Shown: positions 50,034 through 60,935, counted from the stretch's first letter. The stretch: 64,000 nucleotides of DNA from Candidatus Woesebacteria bacterium (GCA_035402805.1 DAONDY010000002.1:229111-293110); one strand, 5' to 3'. Notes: generated by a model from the sequence alone, not told the origin. Numbers and translations are program-made.

Positions 50034-51559
50034 TTTTGTTGTAGATAAAGAATATAAGCTTGACCATCGGTTAAAAAGTTATTGCCACTTTTTTTGGTGC
50101 CATAGGATAAACCGGTTAAATCGATTTTTTCAAAAGATTTTATAAATCCATTTTTTTCTAGATCAGATTTAATTTCTTCTCTTTCTTTATCCACAAGTAG
50201 TTCAGTGCTGTGAATTGGTAATATTAGAAATCCTTTTTTTTGGATTGATCGGTCAAAATGAGCAGTTCCAACCCAGATTGATTGACCATCGGGAGTTATG
50301 AAAGATGTTTCCCAAAAATGAATATGATGACGAGAATTGGCAAGATTTTCAATGGTTGGTTTACCAAATCCGAGATCATTGGAACGAGCATCCCAAAAAA
50401 CTGGAAGACCTGGAGTTTTAGGATAAGGTTTCTTATTAATAATGGAGTTAATTATTTTAAAAGTATTTTTAGGGCTAATTGGGTCTAACTTAGACCAACC
50501 AGAATTTATAAAAGCATTGTTTAAATTCTTTTCATTAGTAATGACGATGATATTGATGGGTTCGGCTGGAGCACCAGTAAGGGTTTCACTGATTTTGGGT
50601 AAATTTTCGAATAATTTTTTATCAATTTCGTTAATTTGAATAATTGTTTTAGAAATTGGAGAAGGAGTAATTTGTTTTAAGGGATGGGTATGATAAAAAA
50701 TGGAGGCAAAAATAAGAAAAATAATTATTAAAGCTAATGATATTTTTTTAATCGTTTTAGTTTCCAAATTGGGGGTATGAATAATTTTAGGATTAAACTT
50801 TTTTTTAATATGGCTAATGGTGATTATGATTGAAAGCCAAGCTAAACCGGAAGCAAAACTGACTAGAACGTCTGAAGGCCAATGGGCTCCGAGATAAATT
50901 CTAGACGCCCCTATTAATAGAACAAGAATAATACCTAAAATCAAAGAAATGTTTTTGAGCCATTTTTTCTTTAAGCTTTCGAAAAGAAAAAAAGTAATTA
51001 GTCCATAAAAAGCGATGGCAACAAAACTGTGACCACTGGGAAAACTGTAACTGGTTTCAGCTACTAAAGCTTCGGTTAATGGCGGTCGAGGTCGATCGAT
51101 AATATTTTTTATGATCCAAACAAAAAGTTCACCACCAAGTACAAAAATTAAAAGACTACGAAAGTAAGACCATTTGCGAAGTAAAAATAAAATAATTAGA
51201 GAAAAAATAACGGCGACGGTAATAACTTCAGCTTTAGCCAGGTAAGTGATAAAAAGCATGAATTGATTTATACCGGGAGTGCGAAAATGACTGATGAGAT
51301 TAATTATCCTAAGATCAGCTCGAATTAAAGCTTCTTGACCAACATAATCTTGGATAATGCCAAAGAAGAGGTAAATAAAAAATAGAGTAACAAAAACCCC
51401 AATAGTTAAATAAAGACCATATTTTTCACCTGGAGTTAACCTTTTTTTAATAAATCTAAAAAAACGAGGATATCGATTTTTAATACGTTGAAGTTCGGGG
51501 TCGTTTTTGATTCCATGACCAACGGATTTAAAAACTGATTTAAAGATGGTTTTTACCAT
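50030..51559 (-). CDS. PAP2-family phosphatase fused to an LssY_C-like C-terminal domain
   Basis: PAP2 motifs (IIDRPRPP, PSGHS, SRIYLGAHWPSD). Confidence 0.7.
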   Translation of the reverse strand: MVKTIFKSVFKSVGHGIKNDPELQRIKNRYPRFFRFIKKRLTPGEKYGLYLTIGVFVTLFFIYLFFGIIQDYVGQEALIRADLRIINLISHFRTPGINQFMLFITYLAKAEVITVAVIFSLIILFLLRKWSYFRSLLIFVLGGELFVWIIKNIIDRPRPPLTEALVAETSYSFPSGHSFVAIAFYGLITFFLFESLKKKWLKNISLILGIILVLLIGASRIYLGAHWPSDVLVSFASGLAWLSIIITISHIKKKFNPKIIHTPNLETKTIKKISLALIIIFLIFASIFYHTHPLKQITPSPISKTIIQINEIDKKLFENLPKISETLTGAPAEPINIIVITNEKNLNNAFINSGWSKLDPISPKNTFKIINSIINKKPYPKTPGLPVFWDARSNDLGFGKPTIENLANSRHHIHFWETSFITPDGQSIWVGTAHFDRSIQKKGFLILPIHSTELLVDKEREEIKSDLEKNGFIKSFEKIDLTGLSYGTKKSGNNFLTDGQAYILYLQQK

Positions 51560-51632
51560 GGTGGACTTACTGGGAATTGAACCCAGAACACATCAATGCG
51601 AATGATGTATTATACCGTTTAACTATAAGCCC
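51559..51632 (-). tRNA. tRNA-Ala (anticodon CGC) with G3:U70 and an encoded CCA
   Basis: Acceptor GGGCTTA/TAAGTCC with a G3-U70 wobble, anticodon stem CATCA/TGATG with loop TTCGCAT, T-arm CTGGG-TTCAATT-CCCAG, then ACCA. The final A is the first base of the downstream ATG. Confidence 0.8.
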
Positions 51633-51635
51633 TTG

Positions 51636-52136
51636 TTAAAATTTTTTGATTTCTTCAAAAATTTTGGGAGTAATGGAAGATATTATAGTGGATTCTTCTT
51701 GAGAAAAGTTTTGGAGGACGTAATCTTCGACAGGAATATTATTTTGAGGTTTGCCGATGCCAACGCGAAGGCGATAAAACTCTTGGGTTCCTAACTGATC
51801 AATTATTGACTTAATGCCATTATGTCCGGCTGAGCCTCGGTCAAATTGAAGACGATATTCCCCTGCTGGTAAATCAAGATCGTCGTGAATTATCAAGATG
51901 TCATTGGCAGAAATTTTATAAAATTGAGAAATTTTTTGGACGGCGATGCCAGAATTGTTCATATATTCGTTAGGAACGGCAAAAATTTTATTTTTGTCTT
52001 CAAAAATTTGGGCGGATAATTTTGTTTTGTTGAAAAATTTTTGATCAATCAAATTTTTAATTAAAGTTGAACCAAGATTGTGACGGTTTTTTTGGTACTT
52101 TTTGTCTGGATTACCTAGACCGACGATTAGTTTCAT
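51636..52136 (-). CDS. pth: Peptidyl-tRNA hydrolase
   Basis: MKLIVGLGNPDKKYQKNRHN signature. Confidence 0.9.
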   Translation of the reverse strand: MKLIVGLGNPDKKYQKNRHNLGSTLIKNLIDQKFFNKTKLSAQIFEDKNKIFAVPNEYMNNSGIAVQKISQFYKISANDILIIHDDLDLPAGEYRLQFDRGSAGHNGIKSIIDQLGTQEFYRLRVGIGKPQNNIPVEDYVLQNFSQEESTIISSITPKIFEEIKKF

Positions 52137-52265
52137 AAATTATTCTAACATTATATTTTTGATATATATAATAGTATATATATAGTATAAAGATATATAA
52201 TGATATTTATTTATACCTAAAGATAGGGAAAAGTAGAAAAAGTATTATAATTAGCAGTCAACTGG

Positions 52266-54215
52266 TTAGACTGCTAATTGGTCAAACTCACCTTCAGAAA
52301 TGATTTTTGTGCCAAATTTTTGGGCATTTTTAAATTTAGAGGAGTTAGATTCGGTTTCGTTAGTAATCAAATAGTCAGTATTGGAAGTGACCGATGATGA
52401 AAGTTGACCGCCAAAAGAAACAATTTGATCTTCGATTTCTTGGCGAGGACGAGAAAGAGCGCCGGTGATGGCGAATGATTTACCAGAAATATTAGAAGAT
52501 AGATGATGATTAGTAGATTTAAGGCTGACTTGAGAAAGAATAGAGTTAATCCAAATTTTTTTGGCATTAATCCCCTCTTTTATTTTTTTAGCCAAGGTAA
52601 TTTGAATCATAGGAAGAGATTCTAATTGGGAAATAGTGATATTTAGAATTTTGTCGGGAGTATCAAACCCGGAATTAATTAATTGCTGGATTCTTTTTCC
52701 ACTAAAATTGGGAATACAGGCGGCAGTTAAAATTTGTTTTAAAGTTAAGTTCTTTTTGGCTTGAATTTGATTAACAATATTAGTGCCAGATTTATTGCCT
52801 AAACCGGCCAAATTGGTAAAGTCGGAGACAGTTAACTTATAAAAATCACCAGGGTTTTGAATAAGTTTGGCTTGATAAAGTTTTTGAATAGTTTTATCTG
52901 AGATGCCTTTTATTTCTAGGACGTCACAAAAAAGTTTTAAGGATCCCAAAATTTGGGCCAAGCAATTTTGAGTGTTAGGACACTTTAAAAATTTGGATTC
53001 GACAATTAATTTGGTACCGCAAGAGGGACAATTAGTTGGGGCTAAAACATGATTTGGGGTAACTTTATTAATAACATTTTCAATATGGGGAATAACATCA
53101 CCACGACGTTGGATCTCAACAATATCGTCAATATTAATATTTTTTTCTTTGATTAGATCGTAATTAGCCAAAGAGGCAAAGGTAATAATGGCTCCGGAAA
53201 TTTCAATCGGGTCAACTTGAGCAACTGGAGTGATCATACCCAGTGGACCAACTTGCCAATCAATAGAAATAATTCTGGTTTGAGAAGATCGTGAAGGAAA
53301 TTTATAAGCCACTTGGCCTTTTGGACGGTTATCGCGGGAACCAAGCTGCTGCTGAATTTTAGTGTCATTAATTTTGATGACTAGACCGTCGATTTCAAAA
53401 GGATAGTTAATTCTGTCTTTGGTTAAAAATTTTTGATAAATTTCTTCGATTTTATTAAAACTGGTGCAGTGAAAAGTTTCGACTGGAGTAAAACCAATTG
53501 TTTTTAAAAAATTTATTTTTTCTAACTCGGTTTCGAAATTTTTTGTTGGAGAAAAAATATTAACAGCAATTAAACTGCAATATTCGGAAAATTCACTATC
53601 GAGACGTTGAGAGATGCCAGAAACAGCATTACGAGAATTAGAATATTTTTCTTCTGATACCTGATTTATTTTTTGGAAATCTTTTTCTGTCATGATAATC
53701 TCACATCGAACAGAGCCAGAAAAATCATTTGGTAAATTTAGGACAAAATTCTTCATTTTAACGACATTTTGAGTAATGACATCCCCTCTTTCCCCATCAC
53801 CACGAGTGACAGCGTCAACTAATTTGCCGTTTTGATATTCAATTTCAAGGGAAATACCGTCACATTTTGGTTGAACTATAAAATCAGTATTGGCAGAAAT
53901 TTTTTTTAATTCAAAATAATGAACCAGATCATCAAATTTATTTACTTTATTTTGCGATCCCATGGGCATGAAATGCTTTTTTTTATCAAAACCGGTATTG
54001 AAGTGAGAAGTACCGACTTTAGTAAAAATACGATGATAAGGGTTTTTTTGACGCAAAATATCTTCTAAAACATCCCAAGTATGATCATCCATAATGGGTT
54101 TTCCGGTATTGTAGTAGGCTTTTTTGGCCTCAATCATTAATTCTCCTAACTTTTGTGGAGAAATATTTTTAATTTCAGGGGAATCAAGAGTGATCATGAC
54201 TTGATTATAAAGCAA
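52266..54215 (-). CDS. ligA: NAD-dependent DNA ligase
   Basis: KxDG adenylation motif (VQPKCDGIS), zinc finger CPSCGTKL...C, HhH, and a C-terminal BRCT. Confidence 0.9.
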   Translation of the reverse strand: MLYNQVMITLDSPEIKNISPQKLGELMIEAKKAYYNTGKPIMDDHTWDVLEDILRQKNPYHRIFTKVGTSHFNTGFDKKKHFMPMGSQNKVNKFDDLVHYFELKKISANTDFIVQPKCDGISLEIEYQNGKLVDAVTRGDGERGDVITQNVVKMKNFVLNLPNDFSGSVRCEIIMTEKDFQKINQVSEEKYSNSRNAVSGISQRLDSEFSEYCSLIAVNIFSPTKNFETELEKINFLKTIGFTPVETFHCTSFNKIEEIYQKFLTKDRINYPFEIDGLVIKINDTKIQQQLGSRDNRPKGQVAYKFPSRSSQTRIISIDWQVGPLGMITPVAQVDPIEISGAIITFASLANYDLIKEKNINIDDIVEIQRRGDVIPHIENVINKVTPNHVLAPTNCPSCGTKLIVESKFLKCPNTQNCLAQILGSLKLFCDVLEIKGISDKTIQKLYQAKLIQNPGDFYKLTVSDFTNLAGLGNKSGTNIVNQIQAKKNLTLKQILTAACIPNFSGKRIQQLINSGFDTPDKILNITISQLESLPMIQITLAKKIKEGINAKKIWINSILSQVSLKSTNHHLSSNISGKSFAITGALSRPRQEIEDQIVSFGGQLSSSVTSNTDYLITNETESNSSKFKNAQKFGTKIISEGEFDQLAV

Positions 54216-55346
54216 TTAGGCGTTGGCGAGGCAATAATAGGCACCTTTAGTAGAACCACGTTTTTCAACAGCACCACTATCGACCAATTTTTTAAGGTCA
54301 CGCCAAATAGTATCGTCGGAAACCATAGGAAGAAGTTGTTGAGCATCGGGCATTCTGAGTCCACCGAATTGCTGCATGTATTCGACTAATTTAATTTGTC
54401 TTTCAGTTAAATGGAGTTGCTTACCGCCAAGTTTTTGTTTCAATTTAATATCTCTAGAAAGAGATTGAACTTTGGTTTTGACACGAGATAATTCGATAGA
54501 TAAGGCTTCAGTAAAATAACTGATCCAATTGGTTAAATCTCTTTTAAAAATATCAGACGAGAGTTCGTGGGTAGATTGAAGGGTGTTGTAATAAATTTCA
54601 GCATTACGATCAAAATATTCTTCAAGAGAAAAAAGACGACGAATGTCGTAACCTTCAACATAAAGAGGCAACATAGCAAAGGCACGGCTGACACGGCCAT
54701 TACCCTCAACAAAAGGATGAATGGCAACTAAAATATATTGAGCAATGGCGGCGCGGATGGCAGGATGAATTTCTCGTGAAGCAGAGTTGTTCAACCAGTC
54801 AACAAAATCGGTAATTAAATAAGGAACTTCAATGGCCGGTGGTGGTCGATGAGCAATTTCGCCGGTACGGGTATTTTTAAGAACAACCTGTTGGTGTCGG
54901 TATTTTCCACAATCGATTTCGGGAATGATTTTGGCAGTAGTTAGCTCGTGAATTCTTTTAACAATAGTTTCACTATAAAAGAAAGGACGATTTTTATCTG
55001 AATTGGCTGGGACAGATTTTTCTTCTGGAAGAGGCATGTTGGCGTCATAAAGTGACCAAAGCTCTTCAAGATAAGAGACAACGTTTCGGTAGTTGATTAC
55101 TTCTTGAATATCACGTTCAGTGGCAGTTATTTGTTGACCTTCGACTAATTTAGCAACTTCTTGAAAGGTAAGATCGTTACCTTCTATTCTGGTACCAAAG
55201 TGGACAGTGCGGACTATAGCTTCTTGTTGAAATTGTTTTTCGTAAGCAGGAATTAAGGGAGCTTCATCAATAATAGCTTTAGCACCTTCAATTATGCCAA
55301 TGTTTTTTAAAATTTGATTATTGATTGAAAATACGGGATAAAACAT
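54216..55346 (-). CDS. Fic-family protein (AMPylator-like) with a C-terminal winged-helix domain
   Basis: HPFVEGNGRVSR Fic motif. Confidence 0.8.
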   Translation of the reverse strand: MFYPVFSINNQILKNIGIIEGAKAIIDEAPLIPAYEKQFQQEAIVRTVHFGTRIEGNDLTFQEVAKLVEGQQITATERDIQEVINYRNVVSYLEELWSLYDANMPLPEEKSVPANSDKNRPFFYSETIVKRIHELTTAKIIPEIDCGKYRHQQVVLKNTRTGEIAHRPPPAIEVPYLITDFVDWLNNSASREIHPAIRAAIAQYILVAIHPFVEGNGRVSRAFAMLPLYVEGYDIRRLFSLEEYFDRNAEIYYNTLQSTHELSSDIFKRDLTNWISYFTEALSIELSRVKTKVQSLSRDIKLKQKLGGKQLHLTERQIKLVEYMQQFGGLRMPDAQQLLPMVSDDTIWRDLKKLVDSGAVEKRGSTKGAYYCLANA

Positions 55347-55402
55347 CTAGCTTGATTATAACACTTTTTGAAAAATCAATAAGGGGAAAATGCGGAAATT
55401 GA

Positions 55403-56044
55403 TTAAGCTAAAAAAATAAAATCAAGAGCATTTCTGGGGTCGACATTGGCATTTATCATTTGGATGGATCGAATTATTTTTTCGATTAAAAATCTAGTTT
55501 TTTGGTTGGGATCTTTAATTAGAGATTGCTGATAAAAATAAAGTTCATCTTCAAGTAACGGTAAAATCCCCTCTTTATCTTTACCTAATTTTTCTGACAA
55601 AGCCAGATCTTTTGATAAATTTCCGGAAATAATGATCTGACTGGATAGATGTGATGTATTTTTAATGTCTTTAATCTTAATGGTTTGGCAGCGAGAAAGA
55701 ATTGTTGGCAAAATAGTTTTAATTTTGTTGGTTGATAAAATAAAATAATTATTGTCACCAGGTTCTTCAAGATTTTTTAGAAGAGCATTTTGAGATTCAG
55801 TGTTAAGATTTTGAGTTTCCAATATAATAATGATTTTATTTTGATGAGAAAAGGGTTTTTGGCAAAGAAAACTATTAATTTTTCTAATTTGGTCGATCCC
55901 CCACCCGGAATTTTGATCCACTGATAAGATGTCAGGATTTTTTTGGTTTAATTGATGACCCAAAGAAGAACATATTTGACAGATTTTTTCATCGACCAAT
56001 TTTTTATTTTTAGCGATGATTAAGGTTGAAGGAAAAATATCCAT
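55403..56044 (-). CDS. holB: DNA polymerase III delta' subunit-like (short, degenerate P-loop)
   Basis: NALLKNLEEP and TILSRCQ motifs. Confidence 0.6.
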   Translation of the reverse strand: MDIFPSTLIIAKNKKLVDEKICQICSSLGHQLNQKNPDILSVDQNSGWGIDQIRKINSFLCQKPFSHQNKIIIILETQNLNTESQNALLKNLEEPGDNNYFILSTNKIKTILPTILSRCQTIKIKDIKNTSHLSSQIIISGNLSKDLALSEKLGKDKEGILPLLEDELYFYQQSLIKDPNQKTRFLIEKIIRSIQMINANVDPRNALDFIFLA

Positions 56045-56089
56045 AATGCTTGTTTTGCGTTTAAAAAGAATGTACTATGATTATATATT

Positions 56090-57829
56090 ATGAATGATCC
56101 TGCCTCAAAAATATACAAGAACTTAAAGGATGCCCTTTTAGAAAAAGGTTTGATTAATCAGGAAAAATACGAGGAGATTAATTTAAGACAACTAAAAACC
56201 GGGGAAACAGAGGAAGAAGTTATCAAGGCGTTGAGATTGGTTTCAGATATTGATTTTGTTAAATGCAAAGCTTTGTTTTTGAGGGTACCTTACGTTGATT
56301 TAGAAACGATTGGTTTTTCGCCGGAAGCTTTGACTTTAGTACCGGAAAGTGTGGCTCAAAAATATAAAATAGTTCCTTACGGCCTGGATACAAAAAATAA
56401 AGTTTTGTCTATCGCTATGGTTAATCCATTAGATTTGGAAACCATTGAATTTTTGGAAAAAAAGACAGATTTGAAAATAAAGGTAGCAATTTCTTTAGAG
56501 AAGCAAATTAACTCTTATATTAAAGAAAAATACATTCGAGAAAAAAATATCACTTCTGAAGTGACTAGGGCTTTAAATGAAAGAAAGGATGACGAAAAGG
56601 TAACAAAGTTAGCTGATGAAAAGGTGGCGGTTGAAGCTCCAGTGGCAAAAATAGTATCGACTATTTTGGAATATGCTGTTAAATCTAGAGCTTCAGATGT
56701 CCATATTGAACCTCAAGAAGATAATGTCAGAATTAGATATCGAATAGATGGTATTTTGCAGGAAAAATATTTATTGCCGAGAAATGTTCATGACGCAGTC
56801 GTGTCGAGAATTAAAATCTTATCTAACTTAAAGATCGATGAAAAGAGAATCCCTCAAGATGGACGATTTTTCTTTTCAGCTGATGGCAATGATGTAGATT
56901 TACGTATATCAACTTTACCGACAACTTACGGTGAAAAAGTCGTTATGCGTTTACTTAAAAAAGCTCAGAAAGTACCAACATTACAGGAATTGGGTTTAAG
57001 AGGTATGGCTCTAAAAAATTTGATGAATTCGATTCAAAGACCTCATGGAATCATTATTGTTTGTGGACCAACTGGTTCAGGAAAAACAACGACTTTATAT
57101 TCGGTATTGGATATTGTGGCGACATCAAAAGTAAATGTAGTAACAGTGGAAGATCCAGTTGAATATCAAATGAAAGGAGTTAATCAGGTTCAGGTTAACG
57201 TTCAGGCCGGTTTAACTTTTGCTTCGGCGTTACGCTCTTTTTTACGTCAAGATCCTAACGTAATCATGGTTGGAGAAATTCGTGATCAAGAGACTGCAGA
57301 TTTGGCTGTTAATGCTGCCTTAACTGGACATTTAGTTTTTTCAACTTTACATACAAATGATGCGTCTGGCGTTCCGCCAAGATTATTGGATATGGGAGTG
57401 GAACCGTTTTTGCTGACATCATCTTTGAATTGTGTGGTTGGACAGAGAGTTTTACGAAAAGTTTGTAAAAACTGTGTACAAGAAATGGAAATTCCATCGG
57501 AAAGTATTAGAGAACTTAAAGAAACACTGGGTCCTATTTACAATATGATCGAGGATAAGTTTGCCAAAGATGGTAAAAAATTAACGTTACCCAAAATTGT
57601 TGGATGTGAGAAGTGTAATAATACTGGATATTTAGGGCGAGTTGCTATATATGAGGTAATGCCAATTACAGAAAAATTAAGTAAATTAATTGTGGAAAAG
57701 GCAGCAGCTTCGGATATTCAGAAACAGGCAATGGAAGAAGGAATGTTGACGATGAAACAGGATGGTTATGTAAAAGTTTTAGAAGGAGTAACTAGTATGG
57801 ATGAAGTTATTAGAGTTGCTCAATATTAG
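56090..57829 (+). CDS. pilB: Type IV pilus assembly ATPase PilB (GspE family)
   Basis: GPTGSGKTTTLYS Walker A, tetracysteine CKNC...CEKC. Confidence 0.9.
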   Translation: MNDPASKIYKNLKDALLEKGLINQEKYEEINLRQLKTGETEEEVIKALRLVSDIDFVKCKALFLRVPYVDLETIGFSPEALTLVPESVAQKYKIVPYGLDTKNKVLSIAMVNPLDLETIEFLEKKTDLKIKVAISLEKQINSYIKEKYIREKNITSEVTRALNERKDDEKVTKLADEKVAVEAPVAKIVSTILEYAVKSRASDVHIEPQEDNVRIRYRIDGILQEKYLLPRNVHDAVVSRIKILSNLKIDEKRIPQDGRFFFSADGNDVDLRISTLPTTYGEKVVMRLLKKAQKVPTLQELGLRGMALKNLMNSIQRPHGIIIVCGPTGSGKTTTLYSVLDIVATSKVNVVTVEDPVEYQMKGVNQVQVNVQAGLTFASALRSFLRQDPNVIMVGEIRDQETADLAVNAALTGHLVFSTLHTNDASGVPPRLLDMGVEPFLLTSSLNCVVGQRVLRKVCKNCVQEMEIPSESIRELKETLGPIYNMIEDKFAKDGKKLTLPKIVGCEKCNNTGYLGRVAIYEVMPITEKLSKLIVEKAAASDIQKQAMEEGMLTMKQDGYVKVLEGVTSMDEVIRVAQY

Positions 57830-57849
57830 TTAATATAAATTAAAAAAAT

Positions 57850-58920
57850 ATGAATATAAAAATGGAGGAAATTTTAAAATTTGCGGTGGCAAATAAGGCT
57901 TCTGATATTCATCTTATTTCTGATGTTCCCCCAAAAGTTAGGGTTAATGGCGATCTCTTAAATATATCTGGTTTTGAAAATACCGACAAAAAAGGAATTA
58001 GAGAAATGGTTTTATCTCTTTTGGATGAAAAACAACTGGAGGCATTTAATAAGGAAAAAGAATTAGACTTTTCTTTTGATGCAGTGGATGGAACTCGTAT
58101 TAGAGCTAACGTTTATTTTCAAAAAGGTGAACCAGCTTGTGCCTTAAGATTAATAGCTTCGAAAATCCCCTCTTTTGAAGAACTAGGAATTCCAGATATT
58201 TTGAAAACTTTTACTAAATATAAACAAGGGTTTGTATTAGTGACTGGTCCAACAGGTCACGGAAAATCAACCACAGTAGCAGCTATGTTGGAAGAAATTA
58301 ATGCAACTAGAGGTGGACACATTGTGACAATAGAAGATCCAATAGAATATTTGATTAAGCCGGAAAAGGCAATTATTTCTCAAAGGGAGATGGGCGGAGA
58401 TACTAACAGTTTTGATTTGTCTTTGAGATCGTGTCTTAGACAGGATCCTAATGTGGTATTTTTGGGAGAAATGAGAGATTTGGAATCAACATCTTCGGCT
58501 TTGACAATTGCGGAAACTGGTCATTTAGTTTTTTCAGTTTTACACACCAATTCAGCTGCCCAGACTATAGATAGAATTATTGATGTTTTTCCAGCTGACG
58601 CTAAAGATCAAATTAGAGTTCAGTTATCAACGGTAATTACGGCTATTATTTCACAAAGATTAGTGCCAGCGATTGATGGAGGCAGAATCCCAGTTTTTGA
58701 AATTTTAATAGCGACTCCAGCTGTTAGAAATGTGATTAGGGAAGGAAAATCTTTTATGATTGATAATATTATCCAAACTAGCTCGGATATTGGAATGATA
58801 AGTTTTGATGCTTATATGGCCAAACTAGTTTTAGATGGTAAAGTCTCTGAGGAAGTGGCAATGAGTTATTCGACAAATCCAGTTGAATTACAGGGTAAAT
58901 TAAGAAGACAAAAAATATGA
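57850..58920 (+). CDS. pilT: Twitching motility ATPase PilT
   Basis: GPTGHGKSTT, and a short PilT-like length with no N-terminal extension. Confidence 0.85.
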   Translation: MNIKMEEILKFAVANKASDIHLISDVPPKVRVNGDLLNISGFENTDKKGIREMVLSLLDEKQLEAFNKEKELDFSFDAVDGTRIRANVYFQKGEPACALRLIASKIPSFEELGIPDILKTFTKYKQGFVLVTGPTGHGKSTTVAAMLEEINATRGGHIVTIEDPIEYLIKPEKAIISQREMGGDTNSFDLSLRSCLRQDPNVVFLGEMRDLESTSSALTIAETGHLVFSVLHTNSAAQTIDRIIDVFPADAKDQIRVQLSTVITAIISQRLVPAIDGGRIPVFEILIATPAVRNVIREGKSFMIDNIIQTSSDIGMISFDAYMAKLVLDGKVSEEVAMSYSTNPVELQGKLRRQKI

Positions 58921-60128
58921 CGAAATTTTTTTATAAAGCTAAAGATTGGAATGGAAAAGCCATAAAGGGGGTGTTGGATTCTCAAGATAAAAAAAGTGCC
59001 TTAGAGTCAATAAAAAGTGGAGGCTTGATACCATTAGCAATTATGGCTGAAAGTACTTCAGTTTTTAATGATATTTATAAAAGATTGTTTTCAAAAATTA
59101 GTCTAAAACAAATTTCTAATTTCACTAGACAGTTGTCAACAATGATGAATTCCGGTTTGGCTTTAACCGATGCTTTAGCACTATTAAAAAATCAAACGGA
59201 TAAAAAAAGTTTAATGTTTGAAATTTTAGATTACACTTTAACGACGGTTCAGGGCGGGCATTCTTTGGCGGATGGTTTGGGAAAATATAAAAAGAATTTT
59301 GGTGAGGCCTATATTGCTTCAATTGAGGCTGGTGAGGAAGGAGGAGTTTTAGAGGAAGTTTTGACAAAATTAGCTGATAACTTGGAAAAACAAAATGATT
59401 TTGCTAGTAAAGTAAAAGGAGCAATGATTTATCCAATAATAGTCATTGTCGGCATGATTGCAGTGGTAATTATTATGATGATTTTTGTCATTCCTAAATT
59501 AATGGGTCTATATTCTGATTTTGGAGCGAAAATGCCCGCATCAACTCAATTATTGATGGATATATCAGGATTCATGACTAAATTTTGGTTTTTGATTCCG
59601 ATTATAGTTGTTGGCGTTTTTGCTTTTTTTAAGATTGGCGGACAAAATGCTGATTTTAGGTTGAAAAGAGATGTTTTAAAATTAAAAATTCCTATCATAG
59701 GAGTTCTGAACCAAAAAACTATTTTATCAACGACAATAAGAACTATGTCGATGCTTTTGTCGGCGGGTATTCCTTTAGTAGAGGCACTTAAAATTGTTTC
59801 TAGTGTGGCGGCTAATGAACTTTTTAGAGGAGCCTATTTAAAAATTTCGGAAAGAGTTCAAAAAGGTTTTTCGATTGCTAATTCTTTTGAAGAAACTGGG
59901 GTTTTTCCAGTTATTGTTAATCAAATGGTGGCAACTGGAGAAGCGACGGGAAAATTGGATACAGTTTTATTAAAAGTTTCTGATTATTTTTCGGCTGAAG
60001 CTGAACAATCGGTAAAATCATTAACTTCAGCTATTGAACCAATAATCATGATTCTTTTGGGATTAGGGGTGGCATTTTTGGTCGTGGCGGTTTTAATGCC
60101 AATTTATAATTTGACTTCCAGTATGTAG
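58917..60128 (+). CDS. pilC: Type IV pilus inner-membrane platform protein PilC (GspF)
   Basis: Two GspF repeats, a 3-TM topology, and pilB/pilT synteny. Confidence 0.85.
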   Translation: MTKFFYKAKDWNGKAIKGVLDSQDKKSALESIKSGGLIPLAIMAESTSVFNDIYKRLFSKISLKQISNFTRQLSTMMNSGLALTDALALLKNQTDKKSLMFEILDYTLTTVQGGHSLADGLGKYKKNFGEAYIASIEAGEEGGVLEEVLTKLADNLEKQNDFASKVKGAMIYPIIVIVGMIAVVIIMMIFVIPKLMGLYSDFGAKMPASTQLLMDISGFMTKFWFLIPIIVVGVFAFFKIGGQNADFRLKRDVLKLKIPIIGVLNQKTILSTTIRTMSMLLSAGIPLVEALKIVSSVAANELFRGAYLKISERVQKGFSIANSFEETGVFPVIVNQMVATGEATGKLDTVLLKVSDYFSAEAEQSVKSLTSAIEPIIMILLGLGVAFLVVAVLMPIYNLTSSM

Positions 60129-60206
60129 TTTCAGTAGCTGTCACTTGACAGCTTAATTTTAGTGGTGAATAATGAATTAATAGCATTAAATATTTATTAG
60201 GAAAAA

Positions 60207-60887
60207 ATGAAAAACAAGATAAAAGAAATGAAGGGTTTTACCCTAGTGGAACTCTTAATCGTTATCGCTTTAATCGCGATTTTATCAGTGGCAGTGTTGG
60301 CAACAATTAATCCTATTGAACAAGCAAATAAAGCAAAAGATTCAACAACACAGAATGACGCAGCTGAAATGATGAATGCTTATGAGAGGTATTACGCTAA
60401 TGCTCAGAGATATCCATGGATGGAATATACCGATGGATCAAGTATTACTGTTGATAGTGCGGTTAACTATTCTTCAAAACAAGTTGGTTTTGGTATTTGT
60501 TATGGTAATAAAGGAACTGTTGATTCAGATGAAGTTGGAAGTTGTAACACTACCGGTACTGAGATGGGTTTGTTAGTGGAAACTGATGAGCTCAAATCTT
60601 CTTTCGCTAATAAGACTGAATTCCAAAGTGCTAATGACGAAGATCAATTGTGGGCAATTAAATTAGCTGGTTCTGGTGGTGGAATCTACGTTTGTTATAT
60701 TCCAAAGGCAAAAGCCAATCGACAATTGACTGATAAGTTGTATTGTATTGATTCAACTAATTCAACTTTAATTAAAGTTAGTGCTAGCGCTACTGATAGT
60801 TGTGTGGCTTTACCAACTACCGATGCGGGTTGGTCAACACCAACTTTAACTGGAGAAGTTGGTATGTTTAGATGTGTACCAGAGTAA
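60207..60887 (+). CDS. Type IV pilin (likely major pilin)
   Basis: Class III signal MKNKIKEMKG|FTLVELLIVIALIA. Strong terminator immediately downstream. Confidence 0.8.
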   Translation: MKNKIKEMKGFTLVELLIVIALIAILSVAVLATINPIEQANKAKDSTTQNDAAEMMNAYERYYANAQRYPWMEYTDGSSITVDSAVNYSSKQVGFGICYGNKGTVDSDEVGSCNTTGTEMGLLVETDELKSSFANKTEFQSANDEDQLWAIKLAGSGGGIYVCYIPKAKANRQLTDKLYCIDSTNSTLIKVSASATDSCVALPTTDAGWSTPTLTGEVGMFRCVPE

Positions 60888-60908
60888 ACTCTAAATTAGA
60901 GATAATTA

Positions 60909-60935
60909 AAACCCCGCTTAAAGGCGGGGTTTTTT
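60909..60935 (+). terminator. Rho-independent terminator after the pilin gene
   Basis: aaccccgc-ttaaag-gcggggtt followed by tttttt. A second weaker hairpin and T-run lie at about 60934-60972. Confidence 0.8.
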
